Source: Balanoglossus misakiensis (lineage: Eukaryota > Animalia > Hemichordata). From it: a stretch of 64,000 nucleotides of DNA. The position numbers and the translations under genes are program-made. This document shows, piece after piece, positions 52,079 through 64,000 of this stretch. The notes under the pieces were generated by a model. That model worked only from the letters and a program-made list of their open reading frames with translations, searched no databases and was not told where the DNA came from. The stretch's first letter is position 1; every line of letters begins with the position of its first letter. The stretch is from positions 1,369,124 to 1,433,123 of the forward strand of contig CM082586.2 of assembly GCA_040954595.2 (NCBI GenBank), written 5' to 3'.

Positions 52079-55000
52079 ATGGATAACACCACGCTCCATG
52101 CCAACATGAACGGCAGCAATGCCACCCTGCTACCTCAAGACGCCGATGATCTAGACTTTGCGAACGAGATATTTTTTCTGTCCAGCGGTTTGCAAATTGG
52201 AGGATCTTTCCTCTTCGCACTGATGATTATTTTAGCTCTTTTGGGAAATGCCTGTGTTTGCTGTGTCATCTACAATATCTGTTCACCTGAGCTGCAGCTG
52301 ATTACAAGTAAGTACATGTAGTCAATTAATGTAAACTAAATACATAAGCATGAGTAATCTATCTTTGTGAGAAAGACATCTATAAGTTTCACCATCTAGG
52401 AAATGAAAGATTCTGTCTTCCTTGACTTCAGTTCCGACTTTTGATCCACGATTACATAAGATCCTTGAAAAAAAACCTTGAGGATAATGAAGAGCGGATC
52501 GACCTCTTCATCCACTCAAACAATGGTGTGTAGTATAAAACGGGCGTTTCGAGTGTACTATTATGTTAAGATGCGGACAACGCGAACGTTAACAAGGCAA
52601 TTTTCAATACCTGGTTCTCGCATTAGACCTTGTTGACATTGACTGTTCGTGCGGTGCAATTGAACAAGATAATCCTTGCCTTTCAAGCTGATGAAGAAAG
52701 CGCGCATTTATTTTCAATCTAAACTAAACGAGGTCGGGCCGTGTTCTTCTGACAGGGGCGTATGCATACATTGTGAGTGGTCTGATCACAATGAATGTTA
52801 ATATGTAGATTACTCCGTAACTCCATGCGGTCGGCCCCATACAAGCAACATTGTTGGCTCTACAGTAATCTTCAAAGTAACACGTCGTGCACGTGACAGT
52901 GAACGTGATCTATCCCACAGTTTGTAGCGCCCGGGAGAATGCGCCATGGGATTTTGATGAGAAATTTAAACCACGGTGTCCAGTTCGACATGAAACGATT
53001 ATTATCATTCTAATGTTGCGCGTTAAATACCCTCATTTGTAAACGACTGTTGACATTTGGCGCATACCGTCCAAATCATCTCGGGAATCATATCGTAGAT
53101 GCGTGGTCACGTCAGGTATTATTAACAATATGCTTCAAGAACGTTTTCGTTATATTTTCAGTCTCTCCGTCCCCTGGGGACCGGTTTAACGATCGGCTAC
53201 TTAGCTCTATAATCACCAAGGCAAAACAAATTGCATGCTAAAAATATAATTAATTCATATTGAGAGAGAGAGAGAGAGAGAGAGGGAGAAAAGAGAATGG
53301 GTGATTTAAAGAATTCCTTGCGGAAGTCTGTCAAGCAATTATATTAGAGTAATGAATTTTTTGTTTAAGTATATCCGCTTGGGTTTAGCGTGTATGGCAG
53401 GCATTGTGGTGAAATCATAGCTTTGATATTGCCTTTAGGATGGTTGCGCGAAGAAGTAATTTGACGCGCTAAAATTCTACACTGCCGATCATGGCATTGC
53501 ACAGAAATTGTCGAGACTAATGGATTAATCAGTCCCGCCACATGATAGGGGTCATTATACACATGATACGCTTTTAAGACAGTGAAAGTAATCGGAAGTG
53601 GGAAATGCCCTATTGAAGTACAAAAAGATGGTTCATATATAATGACGCACCAGGTAAAAACTGGTGGGCTTGTCTATCGCAGTTTCTCCCATTCAGTTGT
53701 CGTCGTTTAATCGCTGACAAAGTTCCAAACGCGTCCACATTGTCGAACATAATAATTCCTGTTTTCCCATGCGAGATCAAAACTCGAGGATCAATCATGA
53801 CCAACATGTAACATCATCAGCTTACATCTGAGTAACGTGAAACCACCCCCGCACAATGACATACTTTATTTTCGCTCAGAAATACAATGCTATTTTGTTT
53901 TCGCTGCTTGTGGTTTTCAAGGGTGGTTACCATGACAACATGGCTCTGTGAGCATATATGAAATGTATTTGCAAGTGACTACCTAGGCCTCGTCAATTCA
54001 AATTCTTGAAGGCCTTACGGGGTGAAAAGGCATTTGGAGACTAAGATGAACATGATACCGTATACTCTTTCCTTGTACTGTTTCCTTAGAGTCGTACTCT
54101 TTTGACGCACGCTTACCTTTTTGCGTCTCGGGGCGGTATGTTTGTTACGACCAAGATCAGCCCAACCACACAATATCATTGAATTTAGGGATGTGCTTAA
54201 TTTTGAGATACATTTCATAGAGTGCTTTCTCAGTAAAAAAAATATATTGCAGATGTTGACAACACTTACAAAGGAGCTGATGGAACTCAACAATGAAAAG
54301 AAATGACGATACAGAATACTTTCAGTTTTACCGACCGTTCATCCTTAATAAGGAGAAAATCGCACTATATTCCTTGAAGGAATGTCTCTCTCATTCCCTA
54401 CAGTGGCGACTGAATTGGAAAGGAAAGATGTTATTGGCACGTTCAGCAGAAATTTTCTCCCTGGCAAATATTTCACTCGCTCTTTGCTCACGCAAAAGTG
54501 TTTTGTCTTCTTCTTCTTCTTCACATAGCCTTATATCTGTAGTTCGCTTCAAGTCTGGGATTTGGGTAATTGTTGGTGTTTTTTATGATCATTCAAATGG
54601 ATGAGCGAATGCGGCGTCGGGGGTGTTCTGGAAGTTCTAAGCCGGATCGCGCCCTGGAGTGCGCAGATCACACAGTGACGCGTTCGACGTTCAATTTCTA
54701 TAGTAAATTTTCTCCAACCAAATTCAAATAGTTTTACATGAAATTCAGAGGCACCCCTGAAGCTGTCTCAAACGATTCTTTCCTATTCACGGCCTTGAAC
54801 CAAGTCTAGCAACGTTTATAATCAAGCGAACGGAACTATATGATGTTCACAGAGATTTTGTATACAAGTATGGTTGTGCAAGAAAAAAAAGCCTAAAGTG
54901 TTATTGACATGCACATCATTGCAGTCAATTGCTATGGTTACTTGGTTTCAGGCGAGATTTTTAGTGAAAGACGTATAAGCGCTTCTGAAGTGACGCTTAG

Positions 55001-58000
55001 TAATGTCATGGCAACGCAAACCCGCAGAGCTTTGTCTACCTTTAAACAGTTTCCTGTCTGTTTCACTTTTAAGTCGTTACTCCTTCTACATACACACACC
55101 TACACAAACGATTCACTCTTAAATAAAAAGTTCTTTTTCAGCACTTCTATTTTTGTCGGTTGAAAGTACTATCATAGAATGCTAAGCTCGTTAGTGGACT
55201 TTTGCTCAAATACGTCTGTTCGTCTGACCATCTGCAGTATCTGGCTAAAGTATCCATCAATCCATCAATCCATCTTCCCACCCACATGTGGCACCCGTTT
55301 GTTTGCAGCCTTGCCCAATGATTACCATAAACCACCAGTCTCGACGACTTCACTTAATTCCCTTCTCTTGTTGTAATTAATTCAGGTCTGTTGCTGGTCA
55401 ACTTAGCCATCAGCGATCTCTTGATCGGAACACTTGGGATGCCGTTCTCGCTTATCTCCCTTATCTCAGGGCGCTGGGTGCTCGGTAAAGCAATATGCGA
55501 GATCACCGGATTCTTGGGGTTAATGTTCAGCATGGCGTCTACTCTGACAGTGGCGTGTATTTCAATTGACAGGTAGGGCATATTTTGTTTCGCTTCAGAC
55601 TTCCGTTGGTGCAGACCTCGGTTGCTCATAGACAGATATGAATCTGCCAATTTTACCGTGAGTGGATAGTCCTGCTTGGACTTGTCAGAGTCTCGTTGTA
55701 ACTGGCCACGGTCACGCCACACCATGATCGCGACTTTACCTTCCGTAATGTTAAGATTTTCGTTCTTCTAGAGAAACGTTCATCCCTGTTTTATCCTCGT
55801 TACACAGATACTGTGCCATCGTACATCCTCTCGACTACCTGAACAGAATGACACCACTCAGGGCAAAAAGCATGGTGGCCTTCATATGGATCTGTCCAGG
55901 TGAGTTCACAGCTGAAGGCGGGTGAAAGGGTTACGGACACTTGAAGGAATGCTAACACATGTAGAAACATTGGCTAAAGAAACGAGGGGGTGGGGGAAAC
56001 GTGTAGGTGAAATCGTGGTCAGCGAATGGGGGACATGATCTTTAGAATTAAAGGGTGGGTGTCGTCCCATCTGCGGCTGCGGGTATGGATCCCATGACGC
56101 AATTGCCAGCAAGTCAAAGCAGGTGCAAAGTGTAACTGCTACAATGTACATACTTGCAAACAACGCTATTGTTACTTTGTGTTACACTGAATATCATGAC
56201 AAACAATGCGGTTGTTACTTTTTACTACATTTCCAAGTTACTTGCTACTTTGTTTCGCTGAACAATGGTAGGAATGCTGATGGTGTATCTCTATACAGAG
56301 AATTCGCACATGTGCAGTTCAGAAGGCCCCCTTAGTTTTTGGCAACCACGTGTATTTTATCGCTCGTGCTTTACTTTATTCCACAGGTCTCTGCGCTCTC
56401 ATGCCTTTAGTTGGATTTGGTCGCTATCGTTTTGAACCAGCGGAGTTCCACTGCACTGTGGACTGGGAGGAGAACCACGCATTCTCCTTGGTGGTGTTCT
56501 TTGCCGGCTACGCCCTACCTCTCTTCGTCATGCTGTACTGCTACTACCACATGTTCTGCGCCGCCCGTTCTCAGGCCCGCAGGATCGACGTCTTGCCTCA
56601 GCGGGACGACTTGCCTCGCCGGCGTCCACCTTACCTTCGTTCTGATCACATCAAAGCCGTCAGAATCCTGTGCCTCGTGATAGGGATATTCATACTGAGC
56701 TGGACTCCTTACGCGGTGCTGCACGTTTGTCAGATTTCCATGACGTTATCCGAGGACAGAATCCGCCACTATGCCATTGTGGCTACGTACATGGTCTACG
56801 CCAATTCCGTCATCAATCCGTACATCTACACCCTTCTGTACAGGCCGTTTCGTCGCGGCATGAGGAACCTGCTCAGGAAGAAGTGCTGCTTTGACATTCT
56901 CAGACCGAAGCCTTCGTCGGCGGTGATCGTATCAAGTCGGTTCTTGCGCAGGAACGCCGCTCGATTAAAACGACCGAGTTTCTTTCTGGAGAACTCCGAA
57001 CCGAATTACACCTTTGATTTCTCCAGTGCTGAAAATCTCTACATCAACGATCCAACCGATGACCCCACAGACAAAGAAGATTCGGACGAGGAACCTGTAT
57101 ACGTCATGTACGACCAGACATATCCAGATGTCTACGCCCATGCTGGCCACCAGCCCACATTCAAGCCACAGACGTTACTCCACGAGGCCGTTGACAGGTG
57201 TCACATCGAGACCTTGTCCATGGGCAGCTCAGCCGACTCTCCGGTTCCGTCCCCTGCGACCCAGCGACGACAAACCCGCACGTCGGGCATCATGAGAAAT
57301 TTGAGCAAAAGTTCACTGGTGAAGAAAAAGCTTAAGCGGTCCACTTCTGTCATCACGGTGCCTGCTTTCCCACCCTCGCTACCCGGGGAAATCCCCGACG
57401 AGACACCGTTCCAGCCGGCCGGTTATGTACTCAAGGGAGCCCCAAGGCGACCAACACGGAAAACCCTGCATCATTTTGTCATCGACCCGTTCAGTGACGT
57501 GACACCAAATCCGGCGGTGTTCTCCAGGAACAGAATTAGCTTGCAACACGAGCCGTGCATACCAGGCTCAACTCTGAACAGAGGGGGCAGATACTACAGA
57601 GCCATACCTGTCTACGTTAAAGGCGGGAACGACGACGATATGTCGAGTCGACACTTGCGATTTTCGCGCCACCGCCGACAAGAATCTGTTCCGTGTCGAC
57701 ATCAGCAGCAACAGTCACGGAAACTATCCAGGGTATCACTGAATGAACACTTGGCGGGCCCGTCAAGGATGCGACGAAAGAATAGCATTACGTCTACGTT
57801 GAGCTACAATTTGGAGATCAGCGATGTCGTCCAGTTTGACGTCAGCCCGACAACTCAGAGGAAGTGGGATGAAGGTTCTCAGATTATCCCCGAAAGAAAG
57901 CGAAGAGCAAGCTGCAATTCCGATTTTAGTCGAAGAGGAGTGGTGACTACTCGGCTGTCCGAAGAAACCGAACTTGACTCCGAGTACGAACCGGTGACAG

Positions 58001-58602
58001 AGTCGACATTTATGAACGACTCTTCGTGTGATTACGTTATTGATGACTTAGATGGCGAATGCATGACGAATCCAACCCAAGAATCAAGAGAAAGCAAAGA
58101 TGGTGTTTTCAGTGTAGTAAAACGTCCAACGGGCAAATACAAACACAAACACGGGTCTTTTCGCGTCCAACCCTCCAACGACGATTTGTTCAGCAATTCT
58201 GACGACGAGTTGAATCGTGCCACCCGAATTGGCGGCAAGACCTCGGTTTCAGTTCGACCATGCATTGTCAAACGTCCGAGTTCCAAAGATGTCGCCGAGA
58301 AGCGTCTGGACTACAAAAATTCCCGCCAGCGAGTTAGCTTCTCCGATCAGCCACTTGTCACCGCCCTTCTCAAAACAAAGGGCGTCGCCGCCAAGGAGGA
58401 ATCTCAAAGGAGCAGTGACGCCACCAACAGTGAGGGATCGAACACGTGCTTCACCTACGCCGACGGGTGTGAGATGAGTGACTTTCAAGATGGCGACGAG
58501 CGCCATGAGAGCAGACGAGAAAGCATTCGACCTCAGGCCATTCCTCCAGGCGAACGCCGTCGAAGGCAGTCGGTCTTCATCGCTCCATACTTTCAATCTT
58601 AA
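52079..58602 (+). CDS. Orphan class A (rhodopsin-like) GPCR, GPR161-like, about 907 aa with a very long C-terminal tail
   Basis: Exons 52079-52307, 55386-55572, 55808-55899, 56387-58602 (2724 nt, in frame). N-glycosylation sequons NTT/NGS/NAT, TM1 GN, TM2 NLAISD, TM3 C...DRY, ECL2 CTVDW, TM6 SWTPY, TM7 NSVINPYIY, helix 8 FR...CC. Confidence 0.93.
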
Positions 58603-58603
58603 T

Positions 58604-58657
58604 CAAGATAACTTTGAACTACAAGATAACTTTGAACTACAAGATAACTTTGAACTA
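58604..58657. repeat. 18-bp tandem repeat x3 right after the GPCR stop codon
   Basis: caagataactttgaacta repeated three times exactly. Confidence 0.95.
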
Positions 58658-61600
58658 TAACGAATTGGCGCTTATTGAGCCTTTGATTACAACATAAAAT
58701 TAGTATGGTGACGCACCATGCTATGTTAAGTCTGCTACGGGCCAATTGCAGTACTGACGGAACAAAAAAAAACGATTCGGTTATGTACACGTTTACTCAT
58801 TTGATATTCGTAACCCCATATTTACTGACCATGAATTTATGAAATTTACAATGTATTTAATGTTTTTCACACTAAGCATCCACCCAGTTTATAAAATGAA
58901 TTTTATACAAATTTATAAGCTCTTATATAATTATAATATCTCCATCATTCATCTGACACCATCATAGAGAAGCCATTATGATATATTGCACTTATGTTCT
59001 CAATGTTGTAGCTTTGAAATTCTGTGCAATAATTGTTGGAATCATATATCTCGACCTTGGTGTCTGTTAGCATTTGCCATATAGTTTATAATGTAATATC
59101 AGCACAGGAGTTGTGTTTTGAAGAGATTATATGCAGGACATATAAAGTCAAACAACATGTAAATATCTTATCATGTGCAGAAAAATGTTACGCTGTAATA
59201 CATCAAGAGATGCCTTGGCATACAAAAACTTTGGTAAATAAAAAAAATATTAATGACTGACATACATGGCGTGGTTTGTCAATAACTGTGGACATGATTC
59301 TTAGGAGGTTTCCGTGAGCTTCTTTATAGAGTCAACAAGGTCGCCCTTTGATATTATTCTGGTTATTTTAGTTTCTTTTGATGGATTAGTTATGTTCTCT
59401 GCTGCTCACTGAAATGCACTCAATCACCCACCATGCAGTTGGTACAAGTCAACTCATACCTTGCATGTGGGCAGGACAATGGATACATGCGATGGAAATT
59501 TTGGTTTGAATATACAGGGCGTAGTGAGTGCGTATATTTTAGGGAATTTTATGAAGGTTTCTTTGTTATGGTTGATGCGTGAGGAAATTGAAGGCCACAG
59601 GATATTTACAGAGGAGTGTATTTGTGTCCTGTCCATTCTTTGCAACTAAAGATCCAACCCACAATTCACAGAATGAAACTAAACACGAGGAAACAGTTCA
59701 GATGAAAACCCATGCCAAACCTTTTTCCCTATCCTTGGGATATTTTCACGTACATGTTAAAATCCAAAAACATCACGACCATAATCTTTTTATAGTTATT
59801 TTTCTGAAGCTGTCTATACCGTTGCATTCGGTAAATACTCATTAAACAGTGCTAAGTGGGGTTTCCTCTAAGAAATTCAGAAAGTGATTTGCACAATGTG
59901 TGGCGCGTCGCTTAATTAATGACAGATCGTCTATTTGAACTTGCACGTTCCATAAGGTTAAGGTCTTCGTTGACGACATGGTGGGAGGCTTGCTTTGCCA
60001 TTACTACTGTGTAAAGTGTACGTTTGCAAAATTGTATGACATTTTGTGAATATAAGGTTAGTGCAAAAAGATAGAACCGCGGGGGCTCTCATCTTCGACA
60101 TGGGTCATAAATGTTAAAAATCGCGGATTTCTAGCTTTAAATGGTCTCTAGCCCTGAAACGCCACAATCCTCACAAATGAGAGTGACTTCCATTAGTTTC
60201 ATGATCATAATTGGACTCTATATAAGATACAGCATCATCAATCGTTAATTCTGGCTATCTTTGCGTACCCTGCGGTGTGATTGTTGTGGGGTCGTCAATG
60301 CACACGCAATTTCATATCTAGATGTTTCAATTGCTTCAGTTCTGTAATTTCCAGCATTTCCAAATTGAGGTTTTAAGGATTTTTGACCAATTTTACGACA
60401 CACGTCATCATAGATGTTTTACAAAATAGGCCATTGATTGTTTGACGCGTCGTCGTCATTAACCTTAGTGTCAGACTTTTCCCCAAATTATAATAAGTCT
60501 GACACACACATCAACTCCCGGAGGCAATTTAAAAATCTGCGTAAATGTCATATTCATTATCTCGTGCCGTTCGCGTGATGATGCAAACTGGACGTCACTC
60601 GGTGGTTCGTAGTCGAGCCATAGATAATCGGGATACCCACAGGAGGCATTGTGTATGAAAGACATCTTGACATGCGAAATTAGTCAGGCAAGAGAGCTAG
60701 ACTTCGCAAAATGCCCACATCTTACCAAAATGCAACGCGAAGCAAAGCCGTCGTATTGAATCTCCGGCACTCAGTATCAACGACCGGGCACATTGACCGG
60801 TGCACTAACACCAAAGTGAATTGAATAAAACGTTCTGTACATTAAATAAAATTTACAACTGGCTTCTTTGATATTTACAATAATGATTACTTCTCTCGAT
60901 CGCTTGTCGCAGAACACACTGAAGGAATTTGAATAAATGGGAATTGTATACACTGATTATTCCTCTAAAAGGTCTCGTATTTTATTATTGCAGATCTCAA
61001 TTTGTCAACTCGCTTGTTTTATCGTTGTTTCGTGATTTTTGCGGCGTGAGGCGGAGGGGAACAGCAAAAGGAGCACAGCGATAGGTCGGTGAGTGATGTC
61101 CCGGCGACCAGCAAGGGTTCTTCTCGTTCTCTCTGTCGGTGTTCCCAGGTGAAAGTTTTACGATGACGGCGACAATGTAGGTCGCATCGCCGCCGTCACA
61201 GTGAAACGTGCGATCCTCGAATCGCCAGCGACGCTATCGGCATTCTGCAGTTAGCACAATGCAATTAATTCTTAATCGCCACTGCGCACATGGGAAAACA
61301 GAGTGGCAGAGAGACATAGCGAGAAAGAGAAAAAAATACTCCTTGTTGATTGAAATGCTAAGTCTAGATAGAGGACGGGGTCTTGACAGGTCAACAGACT
61401 GCGCCTTTCATGAGATTTGTGGAAAGATTGTCTGGAGGAAAATATGAAGCCGATTAAGGATTATACACACGGAAGGGAAGCTAGTGGTTAAACGCGCAGC
61501 TGAACAAAATATATTTACTGACTCTGGTTTTAGCCGAGGCTGTCATTTACCGACAGGTTGGATTTTTTTCCTGATTAGATAAAATAAATCGTCAACATTC

Positions 61601-64000
61601 AGAACCATGAAAGTGAGACTCGTGTTGAAGTTTTCCAGTCCCACAAGACTTAAATGTATATTTTGAAGCAGAAAATTCATCGTAAAGAGTTTTGAGAGGG
61701 TTTCGTTTGATGTTGGCATCTTTCGTGTTGTCCACTCCGCCCACAAATGCATTTCTGACGCAAGCAGTACCACATTACCAGAAAAGCCTGCAGGTGTTCG
61801 TCGATTGCTATCATGCAAATTTTCATCGACCCGTGGATTCCGCGGTGCGGACGTGTCTAGCGGGCGTCACGCAACTGAGCTACAGATTGCAAGCTGTCAG
61901 AACAACTATCGGAAGTTCAGTTGAACGTCGCTCACTGATCGATAGTGGATGAACAAGCCTGCGGACAGAAAGAGACAGTTTCACCATGCATTCTCCTGAG
62001 TCTAGGAAATTCTCTCACGCCGTGGGAGTCCTTTATCCGCGTAGGATCATCGTGGACATAATCGCATTTTGTAAAAATGCTAAATTGTTGAGAGCAAGTC
62101 TTATAACTAATCCTTTAGAGATTTTTGTGCCAATAATCTAGCCCTTGAGTGTCACTCAGTAATTCTAGCTTCAGTAAAAAATTGATATTACCTTTTTCAT
62201 GTCGGCATTGAAATCTCACTTTCTTATCCGTCGTTTTCCAAGTCATTATGAAAATGTAAAAATAGCAATAATGGGGAATACTGCAGCGAATATGCATTAT
62301 ATTAAATTGCCCATTATGATTAGGAGTAGTGTCCCCGTAATTTATTTCCGTGACCCACCACAATTGAAAACATCTTTCTTTGATAAAATGAGCCAGTTGA
62401 AATTATCCAGTAAATTTGAGAAACGGTTTTTGAACAATGGATCTCTCTCTCGCTCTCACCTGCCTCCCCCTCTTTCTGTCTTTCTCTCTCTCTCTTTCCC
62501 TCTCCCTCTGTTTCAGTGACGTGTCCGTGCGTGGGGGATGGGACTGAACTGCGCATGCGAACGAGAAGAGCACCGGAGGAACAGAAATCACATGCAGAAT
62601 GTCCCTATCCTTTTAAGTCAGTTGTCAGCAGCATGTCCAGGTAGACCTACTGGTTGCACTAATGATGCCAATTAACTGCAATATCTCCGGTTTAATGGGG
62701 GTTGAGGACGGGCAATTTCCGACCACGTGAAGACCATACTCAGAATCTCCCCCTGGCGCTCAGTCGGTGGCTGTGAAAAAGGGCGTTGATTTCTGTATAA
62801 ATTGTACTTTCACAGCTAGACACATTACCACCTAAAAACATGTAAAAGTGATCTGCCATTACGAGCATGCGCATATATTATACACTGACACAGATTCGTG
62901 TTCTGTGGCAACGAAAGAAAGAAAATTTCGCAATTTTCCTCGGCGTCTGGGGATCGATCACTCAGTAACTACATGCACTTCAACCATGGCTTGTTTACTC
63001 GGGTTGGAATGAACTGCCGCCGTCATTCGGGGATTGATGTCATGTTTTTTTCTTCAGCTTGTAGTCTACTCCGGTGCTCTGCAGACGAGACAAATGAGCT
63101 GATTCTTCGTCAATCATTGATGTTTATTCTCAAGGAAATTTCTGTTTTTCTAGTCTTGTCATCAAATAATTTACTAGCAAGGTTGTTGTTTTGACCCTCT
63201 TTGTCTGCTTAAAGTAAAAACAAAAAACGTAACGGTAATTGTGATTTCGCCCGTCATTCTATGACGTAACGTTGGAGACACACCCGACAGGCAATATGAT
63301 GCATAAATACTCGGAAAGTAACTGAAGGTCACAATAATTTTGTGTTTAATTGTAAAAGCTATCAGACAACGCCTACACTAATCTGCCATCCTTGCCGTCA
63401 GCTTGTTTCCAATCTGTTACGTGTCATCATTACCGTCGTTGATTACGTGAGCAGGAGTGTACAAGTCTACACGTGACTATCGACAGTGAAATTACGTCAG
63501 GGCTACAAAAACGTCCAGGTGGTCTCTCCAAAATTCCGCTTGAGAATCCCTCCGGTGTTTCAGATGTTTCTAAATATGACAAAAAATTTAGAGTTCGTAA
63601 TAATTTCCTGTAAACAATCTATTTCAATACCAAGGAAACCATACTTGTAGATATAAAATTACTTATTTGTAAAAACTATAAGACCACCCGCGACGAAGTT
63701 TTTCATTCGAAAATAACCCGTGTACTAAAAATCATAGAAAAAACAAGTTTAAGAAACTCTACTCGTTAGATCTTTCTTCTATCTCAAATGAAATCGACTT
63801 GAAAAATGAGAGATTCGATATTGTGGTACGCGACGGCAATCCCATGACAGATTTGTGTTTTTGTGGTTTATTTAGGCACTGTCGTCATTATAAACACGTA
63901 CATGTACGTAAATTCGCTCAAGCATATCGTCCTTGCGTCTTTCTGATCTATGAGGTCAGTATCACGTGGTGATGAGTCGGCCAATATGTCAACTGGAGCT

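Noticed and set aside
56740-56830. GPCR as an opsin
   Set aside because: Position 7.43 is Tyr, not the Schiff-base Lys.
58604-58657. Direct repeats as a CRISPR array
   Set aside because: No spacers, eukaryotic context and no cas genes.

Overview
This is eukaryotic, intron-rich, AT-rich genomic DNA from an invertebrate animal, probably a deuterostome (hemichordate-like; taxon is inference). I reconstructed eight spliced protein-coding genes by hand, all with GT-AG introns and consistent exon phases. In order: diacylglycerol kinase theta (DGKQ-like, minus, about 0.3-29.6 kb, 13-kb first intron); TBCEL-like (+); SNRNP25 (-) head-to-head with POLR3K (+); RPL39 (-, absent from the ORF track); UQCC1 (-) head-to-head with LDAH (+); and an orphan class A GPCR (+) with a roughly 570-aa C-terminal tail. 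There is no prokaryotic-type system, CRISPR array, tRNA/rRNA or intact transposon. The best-supported unusual observation is a pair of duplicated, synonymously diverged alternative last exons in DGK-theta, where the stop codon of one sits inside the branch-point motif of the other. Also notable are the SNRNP25-POLR3K arrangement shared with human and the phospho-motif-rich GPCR tail. Several more speculative DGK isoform and RNA-structure signals are flagged as such.
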